Below are positions 58,713-64,000 of a stretch of 64,000 bases of DNA, one piece after another. The notes beneath the pieces were generated by a model, which was not told the DNA's origin, searched no databases, and worked only from the letters and a program-made list of their open reading frames with translations. The stretch covers positions 212,517 through 276,516 of the forward strand of contig CAYRCR010000001.1 of the NCBI GenBank assembly GCA_964422835.1. Reading direction: 5' to 3'. The number at the start of each line of letters is the position of its first letter. Positions within the stretch are counted from its first letter, which is position 1. The translations under genes were made by a program, and so were the position numbers. The DNA is from an uncultured Gammaproteobacteria bacterium. GTDB lineage: Bacteria > Patescibacteriota > Microgenomatia > Daviesbacterales > UBA10151.

Positions 58713-59363
58713 ATGCTCAAAGAAATTAATTTTTGGGTTTCATCCTTGATCCCGCAAAAAATTTACTGGCACCTGGCAGGCCTTCTCCATCCCTGGCAAG
58801 CAATCCTGGAAAATGCCCTATCGCGCAAAGAGCTTTACCTGCGGGATGATAATATTGTTCCTTTATTTTCAAAAATGCACCTTATTGATAAAAAATATAC
58901 CGTGCTTGATATTGGCTGCGGAGCGGGACGGCTCGAGAATTTTTTGGCCGGGCAATTTAAAAGATGTATCGGTATCGATATCGCCCCTTCGATGATCAAG
59001 TTAGCCAAAAAATATGTTGGAAAAAAGAATGTGGAATTTTATGCTGGTAATGGCAAGGATCTAAAAAATTTTGATGATGAAACTTTCGATTTAGTCTTTT
59101 CTATGCTGGTCTTTCAACATTTGCCAAGAAAAATTTTTTTAAATTATTTAAAGGAATCTTACCGTGTTTTAAAAAATAACAGGAAAATATTTTTCCAGAT
59201 TTCAATATCTGATAGAAAGACGCCGGAACCTCCCAAAAATCATCCCTGGGCTCTAAGGTATTATTCCTCTGATGAGTTGAAGCAAATGTTAAAAAATATC
59301 GGGTATAGAAATATTAGTTTCCACAGCGCTACTGACCAAGCCCTTATTACAGCGTTGAAATAA
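58713..59363 (+). CDS. class I SAM-dependent methyltransferase
   Basis: VLDIGCGAGR, FDLVFS, ESYRVLK. Confidence 0.9.
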   Translation: MLKEINFWVSSLIPQKIYWHLAGLLHPWQAILENALSRKELYLRDDNIVPLFSKMHLIDKKYTVLDIGCGAGRLENFLAGQFKRCIGIDIAPSMIKLAKKYVGKKNVEFYAGNGKDLKNFDDETFDLVFSMLVFQHLPRKIFLNYLKESYRVLKNNRKIFFQISISDRKTPEPPKNHPWALRYYSSDELKQMLKNIGYRNISFHSATDQALITALK

Positions 59364-60267
59364 TTTTCTCAACCTCTTTCACAGAACTTGTTTCCATCAA
59401 TTTTTTCCGCAATTTTGAGGCATTTCTATAACCCAAAGTGTAGCATTTGAAGAATTTTTTCAGGATATTAAAATTCTTCGTACCCAGCCAGGTTTTATTA
59501 AATAATCTGGCATGGAAAAGTAGAAGTTCTAACATTTCCTGTAAGGTTGCTTTGTGTTCTTTATCAGAAAATGCCCATAAATTTTTAAAAATCCCCCGTC
59601 CGATCATTACGCCATCAACCCCGTATTTTTTACAAAACTTGAGCCCCTGAATTTTATCTTCGACATCTCCATTACCAAAGATTAAAGTTTTTGACCCCAT
59701 TTTATTGCGAATTTTTACGGCCTTTGCAATTTCATCCCAATGACACGGCACTTTAGAAAGTTCCCTGGCAGTCCGGCCGTGAACCGTGATTGCATAAAGA
59801 TTTTGTTTTAATAAAAATCCAATCCACTCTTCAGTAATAATTTTATCCAACCCAATTCTGGTTTTAACGCTAATTGGCAAATTCGGGACACCCTTTTTGA
59901 CCGCTTTAATAATTTTTTGGGCCAAATTGTGATTTTGAATGAGCGCAGCACAGGCTCCCTTTTTAACTGCCTTTTTATCCGGGCAGCCCATATTGATGTC
60001 GATACCGTCAAACCCGAGTTTTTTACAAAACCTGGCAGCTTTTTCAAAATTATCAGGGTTTATGCCCCAAAGTTGGGCCACAATTGGTTTTTCTTCTTTC
60101 GCAAATTTTAATCGCTGCATGATTTTTTCTGATCCGGCAGAGAAGAGTCCTTCGCAATTGGTAAATTCTGTGTAGAAAATATCGGGCTGGCAAGTTTTTA
60201 AAATGACCTGGCGGAAAACCGTGTCCGTCACATCATCCATCGGCGCCAGAGAAAAAATTGGTTTCAC
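59347..60267 (-). CDS. tRNA-dihydrouridine synthase
   Basis: LAPM, DINMGCP, SVKTR, VHGRT, GNGD, MIGRG. Confidence 0.93.
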   Translation of the reverse strand: MKPIFSLAPMDDVTDTVFRQVILKTCQPDIFYTEFTNCEGLFSAGSEKIMQRLKFAKEEKPIVAQLWGINPDNFEKAARFCKKLGFDGIDINMGCPDKKAVKKGACAALIQNHNLAQKIIKAVKKGVPNLPISVKTRIGLDKIITEEWIGFLLKQNLYAITVHGRTARELSKVPCHWDEIAKAVKIRNKMGSKTLIFGNGDVEDKIQGLKFCKKYGVDGVMIGRGIFKNLWAFSDKEHKATLQEMLELLLFHARLFNKTWLGTKNFNILKKFFKCYTLGYRNASKLRKKLMETSSVKEVEKIISTL

Positions 60268-60272
60268 TGTGG

Positions 60273-60545
60273 TTATTTAATTAACCGCTTAATGGTTTTG
60301 CCGGCAGTAAAACCGGGGAGTTTTTTACCGGGGATTTGAATCACTTCTCCTGTTTGAGGATTACGGCCACGGCGGGCGGCGCGTGACCTGATTAAAAATG
60401 TGCCAAAACCGGTAATAACTACTTTTTCACCCCTAAGGAGCGAATCCCTGATCAGGTCAAAAGTAAAATTAACAGCATCAGCAGCACCACGTTTGGTTAA
60501 ATATGATTTCCTGGCTACTTTTTCGATAAGTTCGTGCTTTGTCAT
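60273..60545 (-). CDS. hup: HU-family DNA-binding protein
   Basis: GFGTF, RAARRGRNPQTG. Confidence 0.93.
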   Translation of the reverse strand: MTKHELIEKVARKSYLTKRGAADAVNFTFDLIRDSLLRGEKVVITGFGTFLIRSRAARRGRNPQTGEVIQIPGKKLPGFTAGKTIKRLIK

Positions 60546-60590
60546 GCACTCTGAAAATAGCACATGTTTGGGCTTCTGGCAAGCCCCAAT

Positions 60591-61916
60591 TTAGGCAGAA
60601 GCAAAGTCTGTGGCGCGGACTTCTCTGATTGTTGTCACTTTGACTTGTCCCGGAACCATGACTTCTTTACCAATTCTTGAGGCGATATCATGTGTCAGTT
60701 TTGGTAACTCATCATCGGAGATTTTTTCCGGATAAACTATCACTCTAACTTCCCGTCCGGCAGAGAGCGCATAAGCTTTTTCCACTCCTTCAAAAGAGGT
60801 AGCAATTTTCTCAATATCTTCAATTCTTTTAATATAATCCTCTACATCCTCACGTCTGGCTCCGGGCCTTGCCCCGGAAATTGCATCGGCAATATAGCAG
60901 AGAATTGATTCGGTTGAGGAAAATGGTTCGTCCTCATGATGTTGGGCAATGCAATTTACCACTTCTTTTGAAAGTTCATATTTTTTAGCCAGAGCCACAC
61001 CTTTTTCAACATGGGTTCCCTCATCATCCATATCTGCCACTTTTCCGATATCGTGAAGAAGACAGCCCAAACGCACAATATTGACATTGGCTCCAAGTTG
61101 CGTCGCCAAAGCTATCCCAATTCTTGTTTCTTCCAAAGTGTGTTGGATCATGTTTTGTCCATAAGAATACCTGTACTTAAACCTGCCTAAGAGCGCAACC
61201 AGCTCGCGGGGCAAATTATAAACACCAACCTGGTGGCATAAATCCTCACCTGTGGCAAACATAATTTTCTCGATTTCATCGGCAGTTCTTTTGACAATCT
61301 CTTCGATCCTTTCCGGCTGGATCCTGCCATCGGCCATTAATTTTTCCAAAGATTTTTTGGCAATTTCACGGCGGACCGGATCAAAGGAGGAAATAATTAA
61401 GACCCCGGGCGTTTCGTCCATTAATACATCAACTCCCGTGGCTGCCTCAAAAGCCCGGACATTTCTGCCCTCTTTACCGATAATCCGGCCTTTCATTTCC
61501 TCATCGGGAAGCTTAACTTGGGAGGTGGTAAATTCGGCAATATAATCCGTGGCGCCATGAAGCATTGCTTCTGCCAAAATTCCTTTTGATTTTTCATCAG
61601 CTTGCAGTTTAATTTGTTCTTCCGCTTCCCGGACTTTTTTGGAAATTTCTGAAGCCAAATCCTTTTCCACATTTTCAAGAAGTATTTTTTGAGCCTCATC
61701 GGAACTCATCTTGGAGGATTTTTCTAATTTCGAGATTAAATCCTTGCGGATTTTTTCCAAGCTTTCTAATTTTTCTTCAATTAACTGCTGTTTTTCGGCT
61801 AACATTCTTTCCCGCTCTTCCAAAATCCCCTCGCGCTTGGAGAGTTCAACTACATCAATACCAGCTTGCCCCGAGCCGTCAATTGGCGGACGAGGGGGAC
61901 CAAATGTTTTTTGCAT
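60591..61916 (-). CDS. rny: ribonuclease Y
   Basis: KGRIIGKEGRN KH domain, LLHDIGK HD, ADAISGARPGAR. Confidence 0.95.
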   Translation of the reverse strand: MQKTFGPPRPPIDGSGQAGIDVVELSKREGILEERERMLAEKQQLIEEKLESLEKIRKDLISKLEKSSKMSSDEAQKILLENVEKDLASEISKKVREAEEQIKLQADEKSKGILAEAMLHGATDYIAEFTTSQVKLPDEEMKGRIIGKEGRNVRAFEAATGVDVLMDETPGVLIISSFDPVRREIAKKSLEKLMADGRIQPERIEEIVKRTADEIEKIMFATGEDLCHQVGVYNLPRELVALLGRFKYRYSYGQNMIQHTLEETRIGIALATQLGANVNIVRLGCLLHDIGKVADMDDEGTHVEKGVALAKKYELSKEVVNCIAQHHEDEPFSSTESILCYIADAISGARPGARREDVEDYIKRIEDIEKIATSFEGVEKAYALSAGREVRVIVYPEKISDDELPKLTHDIASRIGKEVMVPGQVKVTTIREVRATDFASA

Positions 61917-62044
61917 ATTTTTTGGGGAGAAATTAAAAGTCCAAAGGAAACTCCCGGATTAAACCAGGCTGGGAAGAGTTGTAACTTTTCCTAAAACTAT
62001 TTTTTTCATAGTTTTCCTTAAACTTAAATTTCTCTATTAGTATT

Positions 62045-62707
62045 CTACCTGTTTCCCAAAATATTTTCAACTACCGCCTTAATAATTTCCCAACCAAAAC
62101 CTTTTCTCATGAGATATTCTATTGCCTTTTGTTTCCTTTTTTTGGGATCCAGGTTTTTCCAGGATCTCATCTTTTTCTCGAGGGCAAGTTTCGCAAGGTC
62201 CTCTTCACTAACAGCTAACGGCTCATTACTTATGACTTCCTCAATGATCTCCCTGCCAATTCCCTTCCTCACAAGTTCCATTTTAAGTGCGCGAATTCCT
62301 AAATTTTTACTTCTTCTTCTACCCTCTATCCAGGCCTTGGCAAACTCCAAATCGTTTAGCATGCCTTTTTGTTTTAGTCTTTCAATCAAAAGATCAACTA
62401 CCAAGGGAGAAATTTCCTCTTGATCTTTTATTTTTCTTTTAAAAGATAATGTTTTTAAATAATCACGGATTTCTTTTTCCGAACGCTGGCGGAAAGAAAA
62501 CAGGTTATACATTTTTTCCATTAACTTACCCACTTCCGCTTCGAAAATTAATTTTTCCAGATCTTTTTGTTCAATAATTTTACCCGGGACTAAACGGTAA
62601 TTTACCACTAAATCTTCATCTGCCCCAAAGGCAAACTGCCCATCAAGGAACACATTAAATCTTTTACTATTTTTCTTCTGGGGTTCAACCGAAGTTACCT
62701 TGGGCAT
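62045..62707 (-). CDS. recX: regulatory protein RecX
   Basis: RSEKEI, LNDLEFA, ELVRKGI, LMRKGF; downstream of recA. Confidence 0.9.
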   Translation of the reverse strand: MPKVTSVEPQKKNSKRFNVFLDGQFAFGADEDLVVNYRLVPGKIIEQKDLEKLIFEAEVGKLMEKMYNLFSFRQRSEKEIRDYLKTLSFKRKIKDQEEISPLVVDLLIERLKQKGMLNDLEFAKAWIEGRRRSKNLGIRALKMELVRKGIGREIIEEVISNEPLAVSEEDLAKLALEKKMRSWKNLDPKKRKQKAIEYLMRKGFGWEIIKAVVENILGNR

Positions 62708-62708
62708 A

Positions 62709-63032
62709 TTACCCTAAGTTTGTTCGTCCTTTTTCTTTTAACGAAGCTTCTGTTTCCCCTTGATAAAATGTTACCCCTCTAGTGAACCGCTCCATACCAT
62801 TCTTAAATCCATTCGTCATATCCCAATCAATCTCTATAACCCCATACGGCGTTTGTTCATAAGTTCTAATACCTTTAGCAAATCCAGGGATTGCAAATGC
62901 AGCCTCCAATCGTTCTTTCGGAGTTTTACCCCACGGGATCACAGGCTTTCTAACCGGTGTCTTTTCAACTACCAGGGGAGTTTCTGGTCTGTTTTTCGAA
63001 CGATGAAGAATCTGATTTAATCTTTCAAGCAT
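62709..63032 (-). CDS. hypothetical protein between recA and recX
   Basis: 107 aa, tightly packed in the operon. Confidence 0.65.
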   Translation of the reverse strand: MLERLNQILHRSKNRPETPLVVEKTPVRKPVIPWGKTPKERLEAAFAIPGFAKGIRTYEQTPYGVIEIDWDMTNGFKNGMERFTRGVTFYQGETEASLKEKGRTNLG

Positions 63033-63047
63033 TTCTTTATAAACTCA

Positions 63048-64000
63048 TTATACAGTTTCTGAAACTGTAGATTCTTCCTCTTCTTTACCTACCACCAATT
63101 CATTGCCCGATTTTTGTTTAATCCAGACAGTTCTGATTTCTTTTTCCAGTTTTTCCGCTAACTTTTTGTCTTCTTTTAAGGTAGCAATAGCCGCGGCCCG
63201 GCCCTGCCCTAAAAGCTGTTCATTCCATTTAATGAAAGCGCCTGCCTTCGTCAAAATCCCCAATTCAATTCCTACATCCAGGAGTTCCCCCTGGTGCGAA
63301 ATACCATTTTCATTCATATCAAACTCGGCAATGCGGAAGGGCGGAGCTACTTTATTTTTAACAATCTTGACGCGGTGACGCGATCCCACCACTAGATCTC
63401 CTTCTTTAATATTTTCAATTTTTCTAATATCAAGCCTGATAGTTGAATAAAATTTCAAGGCCAAGCCTCCGGTTGTAACCTCGGGATTACCAAACATCAC
63501 CCCGATTTTTTGCCGGAGCTGGTTGGTAAAAATCATAATAGTGTTGGTAGAAGAAATGGCGCCGGTGAGTTTGCGGAGTGCTTGTGACATCAGCCGCGCC
63601 TGCACTCCAATCATTGAGTCACCCATTTCCCCTTCAATTTCTGCCTTTGGCACCAGGGCTGCCACAGAATCAATTACCAAAACATCAATGCCCCCGGAAC
63701 GGATCAAGGTCTCGGCAATCTCCAGTGCCTGCTCTCCTGTATCGGGTTGTGAAATCAGCAAATCGTCAAGATTTACACCCAATTTTTGCGCCCTTTGCGG
63801 ATCAAGCGCATGTTCGGCATCAATAAAAGCTGCTACTCCGCCCTTTTTTTGTGCTTCGGCAATAACATGCAGGGCCACTGTAGTTTTCCCCGAGGCTTCC
63901 GGCCCAAATATTTCAACAATCCTACCTTTTGGTAAACCTCCAACACCTAAAGCCAGATCCAAAGCAATGGATCCTGTAGAGATCACATCAATTGACATCC
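63048..64000 (-). CDS. recA: recombinase A (5' end outside window)
   Basis: [40 protein letters not shown]. Confidence 0.98.
   Translation of the reverse strand, partial: MSIDVISTGSIALDLALGVGGLPKGRIVEIFGPEASGKTTVALHVIAEAQKKGGVAAFIDAEHALDPQRAQKLGVNLDDLLISQPDTGEQALEIAETLIRSGGIDVLVIDSVAALVPKAEIEGEMGDSMIGVQARLMSQALRKLTGAISSTNTIMIFTNQLRQKIGVMFGNPEVTTGGLALKFYSTIRLDIRKIENIKEGDLVVGSRHRVKIVKNKVAPPFRIAEFDMNENGISHQGELLDVGIELGILTKAGAFIKWNEQLLGQGRAAAIATLKEDKKLAEKLEKEIRTVWIKQKSGNELVVGKEEEESTVSETV

Noticed and set aside
1-64000. CRISPR array, prophage, retron/DGR
   Set aside because: No regularly spaced repeat-spacer array, and no cas, reverse transcriptase, integrase or virion genes recognised.
1-64000. 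Alternative genetic code (TGA=Gly as in Gracilibacteria)
   Set aside because: Conserved genes are full length in code 11 and several end in TGA (nrdR, comM, cca).

Overview
Gene-dense, low-GC bacterial chromosome segment using the standard code (TGA is a stop). Gene content and style suggest Patescibacteria/CPR, Microgenomates-like (inference): archaeal-type AspRS, class II RNR, split transketolase, TrpR-like paralogs and many apparently leaderless genes. Core genes include nrdJ/nrdR, fba-pfkB-tkt-rpiB, murA, gltX, aspS, rel, recJ, cca, secD/secF, comM, mtnP, rnpB, miaA, dus, HU, rny, recX, recA and tRNA-Gln(CTG). Accessory blocks are a CsoR-regulated copper island, a PL7 lyase and a two-component/kinase/phosphatase block. 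The most notable structure is a layer of small palindromic elements. (1) A REP-associated tyrosine transposase has CAC-N7-GTG hairpins that recur at accessory-gene borders. (2) An integrase-free cassette stack lies downstream of comM, with a duplicated, synonymously recoded comM 3' end. (3) CCTTCG..GCTCAGG/GTCAT..ATGAC hairpins sit in frame inside gltX, cca, miaA and rny, and inside RNase P RNA. (4) Two TrpR-like genes are each bracketed by their own palindrome. All family calls come from motif recognition; no database searches were run.
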